64,000 bases of DNA from a candidate division FCPU426 bacterium. Its GTDB lineage: Bacteria; Oederibacteriota; Muellerivitia; Muellerivitales; Muellerivitaceae. The notes beneath the pieces were generated by a model. It had not been told where the DNA came from. It made no database searches and worked only from the letters and a program-made list of their open reading frames with translations. Below are positions 1 to 10,743 of the stretch, piece by piece. The stretch is taken from contig CAVYSE010000018.1 of the NCBI GenBank assembly GCA_963771075.1, positions 198,642 through 262,641 of the forward strand, written 5' to 3'. Made by a program: the position numbers and the translations under genes. Within the stretch, counting starts at the first letter, position 1. Each line of letters starts with the position of its first letter.

Positions 1-1
1 G

Positions 2-250
2 AGGGGTTATGTCCTACATTTCACTACAGGCTCCTGGGAGATCAAAAAGGCGGATTTTTTCCCCCTGGACTTCAATATGTTGGACAACCAAGCGGACGTC
101 GTTTTTTCGGCGTATCGAAATTCATTCGAAATGCGTCTAAAAGAATCAGACCAACTCCTGAGTCCGCCGGACCGCGTGAGGGGTTTGGTTGTCGTGTGGG
201 ACGCCAAGGGCCAGAAACATGGTTATTGGATCGATGTGCCGTTCAATTAA
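2..250 (+). CDS. 3' end of an upstream gene (partial, runs off window start); product unknown
   Basis: Open frame from window edge to TAA at 248-250 (…LVVVWDAKGQKHGYWIDVPFN*); not in ORF track because no Met start; coding-like composition. Confidence 0.3.
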   Translation, partial: RGYVLHFTTGSWEIKKADFFPLDFNMLDNQADVVFSAYRNSFEMRLKESDQLLSPPDRVRGLVVVWDAKGQKHGYWIDVPFN

Positions 251-263
251 AAGGAGGATGTTC

Positions 264-890
264 ATGAAGAAAAAAGCCGGTTGGATGGGGGCCTTGTGGG
301 GCGGGGTGCTTTTACTGGCCGTCCAGGCGCAAGCATTGACGGTGGGCCAAAAAGCGCCGGATTTCTCATGCCCGGACAGCAACGGAAAGTCCGTGGCGAG
401 TTCGAGCTTGAAAGGGAAATTCGTTGTCCTGGAGTGGCACAACGCGAGTTGCCCCTTCGTGAAGAGCCAGTACCAGGGAAAAATGGAAAAAATCCAACAG
501 GTTTGGACGAAAAAGGGAGTGGCCTGGTTCTCGGTCATCTCCTCCGCGCCGGGCAAGGAAGGCTCCATCACCCCTGAAATGGCCAATGAGGACGTGAAAA
601 GCCACGGTTCCATGCCGACCGCCACCCTGATGGATCCTTCCGGCAAGGTGGGCCATCTATTCGGGGCCAAGACCACGCCCCATATGTTTGTGATCAACCC
701 CAAGGGCATTCTGATCTATGACGGGGCCATTGATAACGCGCCGCTGGAAGATGCCCTGTCGGACAAAAACAAGAACGGCGATGCCTATGTGAATTACGTG
801 GATCAGGCCCTGACCCAGGCCATGGCGGGACAGGAAGTCACGGTCAAGACGACCGCCCCCTATGGCTGTCACGTTAAATACAAAGAATAA
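264..890 (+). CDS. secreted thioredoxin-fold (redoxin-like) protein
   Basis: AAGGAGG RBS at 251-257 then ATG 264; signal peptide MKKKAGWMGALWGGVLLLAVQAQA; thioredoxin-fold motif region …FVVLEWHNASCPFVKSQ…; in frame with the 189..890 ORF. Confidence 0.65.
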   Translation: MKKKAGWMGALWGGVLLLAVQAQALTVGQKAPDFSCPDSNGKSVASSSLKGKFVVLEWHNASCPFVKSQYQGKMEKIQQVWTKKGVAWFSVISSAPGKEGSITPEMANEDVKSHGSMPTATLMDPSGKVGHLFGAKTTPHMFVINPKGILIYDGAIDNAPLEDALSDKNKNGDAYVNYVDQALTQAMAGQEVTVKTTAPYGCHVKYKE

Positions 891-1099
891 ATTTCCAATG
901 ATCCCATCGGATTGGGACGGGATTCCAAGCATGAGAATTTCTCATGACGGGCGTTCCGTTCCAAGTTCGGTGGTATTCTTTGCGAAGTGTTCGCCCCTTT
1001 TTAACTCCGGTGCTTTCGACTTATTATGTTTGAAGAAAAAGGGTTGGTGTCTTGCGAACCCATTTATAAGTAAGTTCTGAAAAAATATTTTTGAAGGTT

Positions 1100-2344
1100 A
1101 TGAAAATGGGAATCCGATCGGGATATGCAATGCCGTGGCCCCAATCCCTATTCGCGTTTCTCTTTGTTTTTTTAAGTTTGGCCCCCCTCTCCCTTTCCGC
1201 GCAAACGTCAGGCGACTACTGCCTTGCCAGCGACACGGTCAACAACATGATGTATGTGAATCCCTGCTCCGCGACGACCGTTCAGTCGCCTCCCCCTTCG
1301 GACAGCGGAGGTTTGAATTGGCTGTCTCCCGGATACAACCTGTCCTCGGTGGGCGGATGGACCACCCCTGCCCTCATTTCTCCCCTGGGGCTTGGCTGGT
1401 ATGCCCTCTGTCCACCCGATGGAGCCACGGGCATCAACTGGATTGGATATGACACGAATGGCGATAATCCCTGTGGAACTTCCACCGACCTCGTGGCGAA
1501 CGAGTATTTCATCAACACGTTCACGATCCCGGCAGGGTGCGCGGTGACCCAAGCGCAACTAGTCTTGAACTGTGACAACTATGTGACCGTCTGGCTGAAC
1601 GGGACGCAATTGGGAGCGGCGGGAATCCAGGGTTCCCTGTATAGCGGATGCACCGGCTTGACGGTGCCGGTGCCTTTGATCGGCTCGGCGCCCTTTCAAG
1701 CCGGCACAAACGTGCTGGCATTCAATTTGGTCAATGAACCGGGATTCGGGTACAACCCCCAAGGGCTGACCTACCAATTCTGCTACAGCCTTTCCTGCGG
1801 GACGCCGACCCCCTCACCCACGGTTACCCCCACACCGCCTTTGAGCTACACGCCGACCCCAAGCCCGACTTGGACCCTGACGTTTACTCCCAGCAACAGC
1901 CCGACGATTACCCCCACTTGGACCCCGACCCCGACCCTTACGCTCACCCCGACCCAAACCCTTTCCCCCACCATCACTTTGACTCCCACGATTACCTTGA
2001 CCCCCACCGTCACCCTCACCCCAACCGCCACCATTCCCTATGTCGACGTTTTCTACGTCAATCAGAACTTCTTTCGCCCCTCCCAGGGCCCAGTCTCGAT
2101 TAACGTGCAATACTCCGTCTTTCCGGGACCCTATTCCCTGAAGGTTTACAATACGGCGGGTGAATTCATCCTAGATCTTTCTAAAGACGCGAAAGATCCC
2201 AACCCGATGAACTCCCCGATCCATGAATGGTATGCCTGGAATGGGACGAACTGGAATGGGGATAACTGCGCTAGCGGAGTTTATATTCTTTATCTCATCG
2301 AGCCGGAGAAGGTCAAATTGAAGAAAATCATCCTGGTCCGATAG
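1100..2344 (+). CDS. secreted protein with Thr/Pro-rich linker and C-terminal T9SS type-A-like sorting domain (FlgD-Ig-like)
   Basis: Signal peptide (…LFAFLFVFLSLAPLSLSAQ); [13 protein letters not shown]… linker; C-terminal …VFYVNQNFFRP…SLKVYNTAGEFILDL…NGDNCASGVYILYLIE…KKIILVR resembles Por_Secre_tail. Confidence 0.6.
   Translation: MKMGIRSGYAMPWPQSLFAFLFVFLSLAPLSLSAQTSGDYCLASDTVNNMMYVNPCSATTVQSPPPSDSGGLNWLSPGYNLSSVGGWTTPALISPLGLGWYALCPPDGATGINWIGYDTNGDNPCGTSTDLVANEYFINTFTIPAGCAVTQAQLVLNCDNYVTVWLNGTQLGAAGIQGSLYSGCTGLTVPVPLIGSAPFQAGTNVLAFNLVNEPGFGYNPQGLTYQFCYSLSCGTPTPSPTVTPTPPLSYTPTPSPTWTLTFTPSNSPTITPTWTPTPTLTLTPTQTLSPTITLTPTITLTPTVTLTPTATIPYVDVFYVNQNFFRPSQGPVSINVQYSVFPGPYSLKVYNTAGEFILDLSKDAKDPNPMNSPIHEWYAWNGTNWNGDNCASGVYILYLIEPEKVKLKKIILVR
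1800..2035 (+). repeat. Thr/Pro linker-coding low-complexity repeat (ACNCCNACNCCN)
   Basis: Direct reading of DNA and translation; generates spurious antisense ORFs. Confidence 0.8.
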
Positions 2345-2367
2345 ACAAGCAGATGGGGCTGGAAAAA

Positions 2368-3111
2368 CTAAAACTTCAAAAAGACTTTTAAATAATCCCA
2401 AAATTCCGAAGGCCCGGCAAATCGCAGGTCGATTTCCCCGTCCGGTATGCGGCGGCCCACGGCGATCTTGATCCCTTTTTTCCCCAATACCCTCATCGCT
2501 AAAAGATCCGCTTGGTCGTCCCCGGCCAGGATGGGCAGGTAACCCGGATAGGCTTTCAAAATCCTGGCGACGGCGCCGGCCTTGCTGAACCCCTTGGGCA
2601 GGGCCTCGATCATTTTCTTGCCGGGGTGCAGTTCCCAACCGGTCTGGATGACGGATCGATTGAACCTTTCGCGGTACACCTTCCAAATGCGCTTTTCCTG
2701 GCCTGCCGTCAATTTCATCCCACGGTAATGAAGGGTGGAGGAAAATGGTTTCTTCTCGATGTGGATGCCGGGAAAGACCCGGGGCAGGTCCTGGACCGAA
2801 CGCCATAAACGCAAGGCTTCCCGGCGGTAATGGCCTTCCTGTTTCCTTGTCGCGAAACGGATTCCCATGGGCATCCGGCTGGCCTCGAAGCCGTGGGTCC
2901 CCGCGATGGGAAGGGTTCGCAAACCCGATACGCGCCGAAGGGAAGCGGCGTAACGTCCGCTCACCAATATCACGGGAAATCGCCTGGCCAGGGACCGCAA
3001 AAGGGACCGGCGCCCAATCGTCAGGTTGGACTTTTCGGGATCGTGGGTGAAATCGGCCAGGGTCCCGTCGTAATCCAGCAAAAACAAAAGTTTGGGGTGG
3101 GCGATTCTCAA
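2368..3111 (-). CDS. otsB: trehalose-6-phosphate phosphatase (HAD-IIB)
   Basis: LLFLLDYDGTL HAD motif I near N-terminus; overall OtsB-like length (247 aa) and …AGDDQADLLAM… motif. Confidence 0.75.
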   Translation of the reverse strand: MRIAHPKLLFLLDYDGTLADFTHDPEKSNLTIGRRSLLRSLARRFPVILVSGRYAASLRRVSGLRTLPIAGTHGFEASRMPMGIRFATRKQEGHYRREALRLWRSVQDLPRVFPGIHIEKKPFSSTLHYRGMKLTAGQEKRIWKVYRERFNRSVIQTGWELHPGKKMIEALPKGFSKAGAVARILKAYPGYLPILAGDDQADLLAMRVLGKKGIKIAVGRRIPDGEIDLRFAGPSEFWDYLKVFLKF

Positions 3112-4070
3112 GGGATCAGGACGATCTTCCCATAGGCGCCCGGGGCCATTACGTCCAGATGCGCCTGGGGCGCGGCGGAAAGGGGCAGTTCCTTGCCCAC
3201 CACGGGTTTGAGGGAACCCTCGGTCAAGCCCCGGACCAGGTCCTCGTGGATTTCCCTCAGTTCCTCCTCGGTGGCATTGGCGAGGGTCATGCCTAATATG
3301 GACGCGTCCCGCGTCATGGTTTCCCGGGGGTTGATCTCCACCGGGCCCCGGCTTCCGATGACCACCACCCGCCCGAATTTGGAGAGGTAGGCGAGGTCCT
3401 TGCCCAAATTGACGTTGGCCAACATTTCCAAAATGACCTGAACGCCTTTTCCGGCGGTCAGGCGGGAAAGTTTCTGAGATATTTCCGGATCATGGTGGTT
3501 CAGGACGTGGTGGGCGCCCGACGACTTGGCCAGCTCCAGGCCCCGTTCCGTGCCCGCGGTGCCGATGACCGTCAAGCCGGCGCGTCGGCCCAATTGGACC
3601 GCGGCGGTGCCCACCCCCCCGCTGGCCCCGTGGATCAGCAGGGTTTCACCGGGTTTAGCCCGGGCTTTCGCGAACAGGGACTGGTGGGCGGTGCCGTAGG
3701 GCACCCCCAGTGCCGCGCCCTGGGAAAAAGTTATTTTTTCAGGAAGGGGATGGACATTGGATTCCATGACCAATGCCCATTCGGCGTAGGAGCCGGTCAA
3801 GGCCCGGTTGAAGTAAACACGCTCGCCGGGCGTGAATTTCGAGGCGCCCTCCCCGGTGGATTCCACAAGCCCCGCTCCGTCGGACCCTGGCGTATAGGGA
3901 AGGGAAGGTTTGGATGGATAGTTCCCGGTGTGGATGTAAGTGTCCACCGGGTTGACGCCGGCGGCCTTCACCCGGACCCATACCTGGCCCAGGCCGGGTT
4001 TCAAGTCGTCGGTGTCCTGGATCTTCATGACTTCGGGTCCGCCGAAATCCTGCACACGGATGGCTTTCAT
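3108..4070 (-). CDS. qor: NADPH:quinone oxidoreductase / zinc-type MDR dehydrogenase
   Basis: MKAIRVQDFGGPEVMKIQD… N-terminus; GASGGVGTAAVQLG Rossmann motif; 4-bp overlap with otsB (operon). Confidence 0.8.
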   Translation of the reverse strand: MKAIRVQDFGGPEVMKIQDTDDLKPGLGQVWVRVKAAGVNPVDTYIHTGNYPSKPSLPYTPGSDGAGLVESTGEGASKFTPGERVYFNRALTGSYAEWALVMESNVHPLPEKITFSQGAALGVPYGTAHQSLFAKARAKPGETLLIHGASGGVGTAAVQLGRRAGLTVIGTAGTERGLELAKSSGAHHVLNHHDPEISQKLSRLTAGKGVQVILEMLANVNLGKDLAYLSKFGRVVVIGSRGPVEINPRETMTRDASILGMTLANATEEELREIHEDLVRGLTEGSLKPVVGKELPLSAAPQAHLDVMAPGAYGKIVLIP

Positions 4071-4563
4071 GAAGGCTCCTTGGGATTTTGGTTAGTCATG
4101 ATAGTGAGGGGTGACCCGGGTCTCAAGGCTCGGCCGCTCAATTCAAACCGAGGGGCTGGGTCTGGAAGTAGCGGTCGAAATATCGGGGGACGGTCCTGCC
4201 TGGGGACCTATCGGATTGCGTGTTCACCCCGCCTTTCCATTCCCGAAGTAGGGCCTTTAGTTCGATGGGGGCGGTGGCTTCAAAATCCTCCCTCGTAGAT
4301 TGTTCCTTCGTTTGGATCTCGTTCATATTTTCCCCCTTTTGGAAGCTGAGACGGTTCGGGTTGGGAATCAGTACTTTTGCCCTTGGGGAAACCTAAGAAT
4401 CCAACTGACAAATATCAACGGATCGTAAAAAGGGGGTATTCATAAGGAATAATAAGGCGATTTGAACGAATTAATGGCTGCAACTTTTTAAATGGGATGT
4501 TCGTCTTATTTAACGGGAAGTAAAAGATCCCAAATTCAAATTGAAGTCACTTGGAGGACTCAA

Positions 4564-4782
4564 ATGAAAAAGTTCATGGTTGCTTTGATGGCAGTGTTGT
4601 TCCTCGGCAGCACCGGCATGGTTTTCGCCGATGATGCGCCGGCCGCCGCTACTACGCCCGTTGCTAAGACGATGAAGGCGAAGAAGCACGTCAAGAAAAT
4701 GAAGAAAGCGAAGAAAGAAGCCGCTGCCGCTGCCGCTCCCGCTGCTCCTGCCGCCGCTTCGACGACTCCTGCCGCGAAGTAA
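4564..4782 (+). CDS. small secreted Lys/Ala-rich low-complexity protein
   Basis: GGAGGA RBS at 4551-4556, ATG 4564; signal peptide MKKFMVALMAVLFLGSTGMVFA; followed by tandem-hairpin terminator. Confidence 0.45.
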   Translation: MKKFMVALMAVLFLGSTGMVFADDAPAAATTPVAKTMKAKKHVKKMKKAKKEAAAAAAPAAPAAASTTPAAK

Positions 4783-4796
4783 GCTTTTCCGTACAG

Positions 4797-4860
4797 CGGG
4801 GAAGGCCCGGAAGGGCCTTCCCCAAGCCTCCGCCCCTTCGGGGAGCGGGGGCTTTTTTAT
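4797..4860 (+). terminator. tandem hairpins, second followed by T-run (rho-independent terminator)
   Basis: GGGGAAGGCCC-GGAA-GGGCCTTCCCC perfect 11-bp stem, then CCCCTTCGGGG…GGGGGCTTTTTTATTTT. Confidence 0.6.
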
Positions 4861-5184
4861 TTTCAGATACCTTCCTTTGAATTTATCCAAATCTATGTTT
4901 CGATGAACAACCCACGATAAAAATTATATTTTCGTTAAGTATAAAATTTCCCGGAGCAAGATAACGATTTTAGTAAGAGCGCCTATTCAATGATTTGATT
5001 TTATGAAAGGTTTTCTCCCTCCGATTTTTGGAAACGTTTTCAAATCTTCATCGTTTCTATACGCCATCTTTACTGCATCTTTACCGGATTAAAAAATATT
5101 AAACGGTAATCTTAATTCAGACGAGACGCTTCCTTTTCCACCTAACTTTTCCGAAATCGATTACAAACGACTCGAGGTTGTTGA

Positions 5185-8100
5185 ATGGCAGTTATTGGTA
5201 ATCTCACGCGGGTCGTTCATCCGCTCATTTCCGATTTAATAAAGGAAGCCTTTAAACGCTCGTGCCTGGTTGTTTTCGTTTTTTTGTTTGCCCTCTTCAT
5301 TCCATCCCTCTCGAGAGCGCAGGTTTGGCCGAACGGTTGTTTTACCAGCGGCACCGCCGATTGGACGTCGGTCGCCAACGCTGGCCCCACCGCTACCGCG
5401 GGGGGCGCGGCTGTCCAGGGCGGCGCCCCCGCCAATGGGGACTGCATGCCGCAGATCCTTCCCGTGAGCAATACCACCGTCTATCCGGGTCAAGCGGCGG
5501 CAGGCACGGCCCCCAACACCGCGGGGCGGCTTCCCATGGTCCCCGCCGGACAGACCACGGCCATCCAGCTCTTTTCAGGCCATGGGGATTCCGGGCCCGG
5601 GGACTGGGCTCGGGTTTGCCAGACGGCGACCGTTCCCACCGACGGGAATACCTGCCTGACCTTCGACTTGGCCGCCGTCATCGAGAATTATCATTATGAA
5701 CAAGCCGTTTTATGCGGCGGGAACGATCAAAACGGCGACGCGTTCCTGGAGGTTCGGGTCCTCCTGGGGACGGCCAATTGTCCCGACCAGCCTTCCCCCC
5801 TCCCGGTCCTGGACGATATCGTCATCAACTGGACCTATCTGGTGGGAAGCGGGTTGATCCAGTATTCAGGTGTGGTGGGAAACAACGCGGGGTCTTTCGG
5901 GGCCGCGACGGGATGCGTCATCAACCCCGCGGCACAAAATTGCGGGGCGAACGCCCCGGTGAGTTGGGGGTTTTTGCCCTGGACCCAATATTCCATGAAC
6001 CTTTGTAAATACGCCGGGCAAAACATCACCCTGGAGGTCACCCAATATGACTGCAACGAGGGGGGCCACTACGGCTGGGGTTATTTCGACTGCCCGACCT
6101 GGACTTCCTGCGCGCCCGCTTCCATCACCTTGACCAAATCCAACAACCCCACCGGCCAGGTCAGCGAGGGCCAAACCATTACCTATACCCTCAGCTACAA
6201 GAACAACAGCACGAGTTATACGGATGGGGTGGTGATCTACGATAGCATCCCCACGGGGACGGGCTATGTTTCGGGGTCCCAGGCCAGTTCGCCCTATATG
6301 CCGGAAACTTTCACCATGCCCGCCGCCATTGGCCGGGGCGGCGGCTCCGTTTCGTTGGTGGGTTGGGACATCGGCTACTTGAGCGCAGGTGCCTCCGGGA
6401 CCCTTTCCTTTGAGGTGACCGTAGGGGCCTTGCCTGTGGGTGCCTGCGAGGAAGTTCTGGTGAACCGGGCCTCGGAGACCGATTTGCTCACCTGCTATTT
6501 AACCCAGGGACTCCTGACCTCCAATGCCGTCACTAATATCGTTGGGTCCACCTGCACCCCGACACCCTCGGTTACACCCACGCCCACCAAGACGCCCACC
6601 AAAACCCCCACCCCTACCCTCACGCCGACCAATACTCCCACGCCCACCCCCACCCGTACCCCGACCAACACCCCGACGAATACTCCTACACCGACCCCCA
6701 CCCAAACTCCAACCAATACCCCAACACCTACCCCAACGAACACCCCTACGCCTACCCCAACGCCGACCAACACACCTACGAATACTCCCACTCCGACTCC
6801 GACCATTACGCCGACCATTACTCCTACGATGACACCCACTTCCACGCCAACTAATACTCCAACGACGACCCCGACGAACACCCTCACAAATACCCCGACC
6901 CCGACAAATACGCCTACGTCCACCCCCACTCCCACCCCCACCCATACACCGACGAATACTCCCACAACCACCCCCACCCTCACGCCTACCAACACCCCGA
7001 CGAACACCCCCACTCAAACCCCCACCAATACTCCAACGAATACGCCCACCCCCACACCCTCGAATACTCCCACGCCTACGCCCACTTATACCCCCACGAA
7101 TACACCCACGAATACGATGACTCCAACCTCCACGCCGACCCCGACCGTGACCTATACCTATACCCTAACGCCCACCTTCACTTGGACGCCCGTTTTTACT
7201 ACCACTCCCACACCCAGTCCGACCGTGACTTCTACAAATACTTTTACCTCTACCTGGACCGCTACGAACACCGATACCGTCACCCCGACCTCGACCCCTT
7301 CCCCGACCCCGACCGTGACCTGGACTTCAACTTATACAAATACCCCGACCCATACCCTCACTTCGACATTGACCTGGACCTCTACGATGACCCCTTCTTC
7401 CACCTTTACTCCCACCCCCACCCCGACCCTCACCTCCACCCTCACTCCCTCGAATACTTTCACAACGACCCCCTCTTGGACTTTGACGGAAACATTCACC
7501 TTCACGGCTACGGCCACTTCCACGAATACGCCCACAATCACCTGGACATCATCTTTCACGTCCACCCCAACCCATAGTCCAACCTCGACTTCCACTTGGA
7601 CACCGACCGTGACCTATACCGCTACACCCACCCTTACCGCGACCCACACTCCGACCTTGACCTGGACCCAAACCCCGACGAATACCTTGACGATCACTTG
7701 GACCCACACTTCAACACCCACGCCTACTTTCACTGCCACCTCGACGAATACCCCCACGGCCACGACGACCTGGACGCCGACGATGACCGCCACGGGGACT
7801 TCGACTTCAACCGGCACGGCCAGCCCGACGGTCACCCCGACCTCGACCCCGACCGCCACTTCCACGGGCACCTTTACCCTGACCCCGACCATCACCCTCA
7901 CGCCCCTCACTCTTTTCTCCAAGCAGGCTTCCACCTCCCTGGCCACCTCGGGGAATACGGTCAATTTCCAGTTGAACCTGGTTCTTCCGGTGGCCTTGCC
8001 CGCCGGGGCCGTCATCACGGACCAGCTTCCCGCCGACGTGACCTTTTCCGCTTTCTTGCAAAGCCCCTCCGGCACGGCCGCCGCCCAGTCGGGTTCGAAC

Positions 8101-9168
8101 CTCACCTGGACCCTGCCCGATCTTGTCCCGGGTACCTACGCCCTGAACTACTCGGTGGTCCTGAAGAACTTCCTTCCCAATGGGGAAAAACTGGTCAACC
8201 AGGCGCAAATCCAATCCCCTTCGCTCCCGCCGCTCTCGACCGCCGCCACCGTTATGGTCAATGGGCAGTACTCCATCCAGTTGGGTGTTTATAACGAGGC
8301 GGGGGAATTGATTTACAGCTTCCCGGCCACCCAGATGACCCAGGCCGTCCCGTCGCTCCAGGCCCCCGCCACGCTCATCCAGGTCATCGGGGATACGGTG
8401 AAGATCTACACCGACGGGGTACTCCTGGGCCAATGGAGCGGCACCACGAATTCGGGGACACCGGCCACCAACGGCACCTACTTCATCCAGGCGACCAGTG
8501 TCGCCAACCAGGGTTCGGTACGGTCCACCGCGCTTCCGGTGGAGGTGGACTGGTCCTTTTCGACGGTCTCGGTGCAGGTATTCAATGAGGCGGGGGAGGT
8601 GGTCCGAAACATCTACACCACCTTGACGGCCCCGGTGAGCGCGCAAATGTCGTCCGTGGTCCTGTCCAACAGCTCCTTGAACCCCTACTCGGGCTCCCCC
8701 CAAACCGACCAGACGGTCCTCACCGTCACCGATACCCGGGGTGGCGCCGTGAGCCTCGCCTGGGACGGGAGGTCCGATAACGGCTCGGTGGTGACGGCAG
8801 GGCAGTACCTCCTCTCCGTGCGTTGGACGAACGGGACGGGTGGCGAACAGGTCATCACCAAGGTCCTCACCGTCATGGATAACGGCGGCCCCTCCGGGCT
8901 CATCGCGGCCCGCCCGAATATCCTCAAGGGGGAGGGCGCCAGCACCCTTTTCGTTTCGAGCCAGCCGGGTTTGAACGTCCATGTCCAGGTTTACGACCTG
9001 GCCGGGGAACTGGTCTACGCGGCCACCGGCGGCCCCGGAACGAGCGAGGCGGGGTGGACGCCGGGCCGGCTGACGGCCAGCGGGTATTACCTGGCGGTGG
9101 TGGAATTGACCGACGGTTCCGGGAACCGGATCGGGCGCCAGACCCTGAAGCTGGCCGTGGTTCATTAA
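5185..9168 (+). CDS. giant secreted protein (1327 aa): Cys-rich unknown N-domain, DUF11-like Ig domain, ~440-aa TP linker, three C-terminal FlgD-Ig/T9SS-like domains
   Basis: Hydrophobic signal-like segment [18 protein letters not shown]; …[27 protein letters not shown]… (DUF11-like); three repeats of YxxAGELIY / [11 protein letters not shown] / [12 protein letters not shown] Ig modules at C-terminus. Confidence 0.65.
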   Translation: MAVIGNLTRVVHPLISDLIKEAFKRSCLVVFVFLFALFIPSLSRAQVWPNGCFTSGTADWTSVANAGPTATAGGAAVQGGAPANGDCMPQILPVSNTTVYPGQAAAGTAPNTAGRLPMVPAGQTTAIQLFSGHGDSGPGDWARVCQTATVPTDGNTCLTFDLAAVIENYHYEQAVLCGGNDQNGDAFLEVRVLLGTANCPDQPSPLPVLDDIVINWTYLVGSGLIQYSGVVGNNAGSFGAATGCVINPAAQNCGANAPVSWGFLPWTQYSMNLCKYAGQNITLEVTQYDCNEGGHYGWGYFDCPTWTSCAPASITLTKSNNPTGQVSEGQTITYTLSYKNNSTSYTDGVVIYDSIPTGTGYVSGSQASSPYMPETFTMPAAIGRGGGSVSLVGWDIGYLSAGASGTLSFEVTVGALPVGACEEVLVNRASETDLLTCYLTQGLLTSNAVTNIVGSTCTPTPSVTPTPTKTPTKTPTPTLTPTNTPTPTPTRTPTNTPTNTPTPTPTQTPTNTPTPTPTNTPTPTPTPTNTPTNTPTPTPTITPTITPTMTPTSTPTNTPTTTPTNTLTNTPTPTNTPTSTPTPTPTHTPTNTPTTTPTLTPTNTPTNTPTQTPTNTPTNTPTPTPSNTPTPTPTYTPTNTPTNTMTPTSTPTPTVTYTYTLTPTFTWTPVFTTTPTPSPTVTSTNTFTSTWTATNTDTVTPTSTPSPTPTVTWTSTYTNTPTHTLTSTLTWTSTMTPSSTFTPTPTPTLTSTLTPSNTFTTTPSWTLTETFTFTATATSTNTPTITWTSSFTSTPTHSPTSTSTWTPTVTYTATPTLTATHTPTLTWTQTPTNTLTITWTHTSTPTPTFTATSTNTPTATTTWTPTMTATGTSTSTGTASPTVTPTSTPTATSTGTFTLTPTITLTPLTLFSKQASTSLATSGNTVNFQLNLVLPVALPAGAVITDQLPADVTFSAFLQSPSGTAAAQSGSNLTWTLPDLVPGTYALNYSVVLKNFLPNGEKLVNQAQIQSPSLPPLSTAATVMVNGQYSIQLGVYNEAGELIYSFPATQMTQAVPSLQAPATLIQVIGDTVKIYTDGVLLGQWSGTTNSGTPATNGTYFIQATSVANQGSVRSTALPVEVDWSFSTVSVQVFNEAGEVVRNIYTTLTAPVSAQMSSVVLSNSSLNPYSGSPQTDQTVLTVTDTRGGAVSLAWDGRSDNGSVVTAGQYLLSVRWTNGTGGEQVITKVLTVMDNGGPSGLIAARPNILKGEGASTLFVSSQPGLNVHVQVYDLAGELVYAATGGPGTSEAGWTPGRLTASGYYLAVVELTDGSGNRIGRQTLKLAVVH
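6550..7910 (+). repeat. ~1.36-kb Thr-Pro (TPTPTNTPT…) linker-coding low-complexity DNA
   Basis: Direct reading; source of long artefactual ORFs on the minus strand (6495..7013, 7332..7595, 7614..8105). Confidence 0.9.
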
Positions 9169-9190
9169 AGTGATCGTCGAAGGAGCCGGT

Positions 9191-9355
9191 ATGGAAAACC
9201 AAATGGGACAAAGTGGGGACGGCTCCAGAACCGATCTGGGCTTGGACAAACTCTACGAGGAACTTGTCTATTCCGTCGCCAAGGAAATCGAGTTGGAACG
9301 CCAAAAAATCTCGATGAATCCCCTCGAGCAGAAGGGTCTTTTACCACCTTCCTGA
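9191..9355 (+). CDS. possible small protein (54 aa)
   Basis: AAGGAG at 9180-9185 then ATG 9191 (MENQMGQSGDG…); 23 bp downstream of the giant gene; weak. Confidence 0.2.
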   Translation: MENQMGQSGDGSRTDLGLDKLYEELVYSVAKEIELERQKISMNPLEQKGLLPPS

Positions 9356-9588
9356 TTTTTCGTGAAGGTTCGTTGTTCCAAGGAAAAAACTGAATTTCGG
9401 CCTTCCCTATTCCCTGAAACCCCTTTTATCCCTTCATTTGGTCCGAATCAAAGAAAATCCATTCTCCGGGGAAGGCAAAGGTTATACCGATTCTTTACTG
9501 GAACGGGTGCGAGTCTCCTGTGAATCTATGAGGCCGTATTTATAATGCGGTCTGAGATATCGAAATCCGCGGTTATGGGGTTTGAGCG

Positions 9589-10743
9589 ATGAGAGTTTTG
9601 CCGAGTGATCCGCCGATAGGGTTGGCTGGGAAATTCGTTGGTTTTCTGGGGATGGTTTGGGCCACCGCGTCCCTGTGCCTGGGCCAATGTCCCGATAACC
9701 CGATATTCACCCCCACTTCCTGGAGCGATCATAACGGAAGCGCCACCTCCGGCTCCCCCTACACGGTGGTGGGTCAGGGGTCGAATAGTGCCGGGCAATT
9801 CTCCGAAAGCGGTTACGCCGATTTGACGACCGGGGTGGGAAACGGCCAGATCCTGGCCGAAGTGGTGGCCATCACGGGAACGATGTCCACGGGTTCGGCC
9901 GCCGGCATTTTCATCCGCAGTGATGTCACTCCCGGTTCGGACGGCCCCCTGCTGTGGATCGACGGGCCGCTCAGCCAGTTTTACCAATTCGACGCCCGGA
10001 TCAACGACGGGGGCCTCACCGAAATTCAATCCGGTTCCTGCGTCCTCCCCTATTGGCTCCGGCTCCAGAACTCGGGTAATGTTTTTTATCCCTCGGTCTC
10101 CACCAACGGGTCCAGTTGGGCCGCCTTGCCGGCCCTGGATTTGAGTTCCGATCCCCGCTTTTCCGCCGGCACCACCCTCGCCTACGGATTGTTTGCCTGG
10201 AGCGGAAGCAACTCAGGCTCCACCACCGCTGTTTTCGACAACCTCTGCTTCAACGACTCTTTCACCCCCTATCCCACCCTAACCCCAGCCATGACCCCCA
10301 CTTCGACTCTCACGCCCAACACGACCCCCACCCCATCCCCCACCCCGACTGTTTCCCCAAGCTTGACCCCCACGATGACGGGGTCTCCTCTTTTAACCGC
10401 CACCTGGACCCCATCCCCCACCCTGACCGACACCCCTCTAACCTCCAACTATCCCACGCCAACCCCCACCCCGGGCCTCAAGGTCTGGCCCAACCCCTTC
10501 ACCCCCCAGCTGCCTTCCAACAACACGGCCCATTTTTCCCTCCCTTCCTCCCACGGATCCGGCAGCGTCCTGATCGCCGATTTGTGGAGAAGACAGGTTC
10601 GGTCCGTTCATTTCCAGGCGGGGGTGGATGTCCAATGGGATGGGAGGGACAACAACGGAAATATCGTCACCTCGGGGGTTTACCTCTACCTGCTTGAATC
10701 CGATGGCGGGGTGAGCCGGGGAACCGTTACAGTAATGCGATGA
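9589..10743 (+). CDS. secreted concanavalin-A-like (DUF1349/GH43-C-like) domain protein with TP linker and T9SS type-A-like CTD
   Basis: …YWLRLQNSGNVFYPSVSTNGSSW… resembles DUF1349 WLRLxRxG…DG..W motif; C-terminus KVWPNPFTP…WDGRDNNGNIVTSGVYLYLL… matches Por_Secre_tail consensus. Confidence 0.6.
   Translation: MRVLPSDPPIGLAGKFVGFLGMVWATASLCLGQCPDNPIFTPTSWSDHNGSATSGSPYTVVGQGSNSAGQFSESGYADLTTGVGNGQILAEVVAITGTMSTGSAAGIFIRSDVTPGSDGPLLWIDGPLSQFYQFDARINDGGLTEIQSGSCVLPYWLRLQNSGNVFYPSVSTNGSSWAALPALDLSSDPRFSAGTTLAYGLFAWSGSNSGSTTAVFDNLCFNDSFTPYPTLTPAMTPTSTLTPNTTPTPSPTPTVSPSLTPTMTGSPLLTATWTPSPTLTDTPLTSNYPTPTPTPGLKVWPNPFTPQLPSNNTAHFSLPSSHGSGSVLIADLWRRQVRSVHFQAGVDVQWDGRDNNGNIVTSGVYLYLLESDGGVSRGTVTVMR

Noticed and set aside
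4138-4326. 62-aa minus-strand ORF between qor and the small secreted protein
   Set aside because: It is short, has no RBS, and lies in a likely promoter/UTR region. There are insufficient coding signals.
6495-7017. Two 172-aa minus-strand ORFs (Gly/Val-rich and Arg/Gly-rich) opposite the TP-linker region of the giant gene
   Set aside because: They are reverse complements of the ACNCCN linker repeat and purely low-complexity. Similar artefacts are 1846..2034(-), 7332..7595(-), 7614..8105(-), 56656..57630(-), 57835..58506(-) and 60156..60713(-).
7807-9249. 480-aa minus-strand ORF
   Set aside because: It lies antisense to the well-supported C-terminal Ig domains of the 5185..9168 gene. Its Arg/Gly-rich composition is typical of a high-GC antisense frame.
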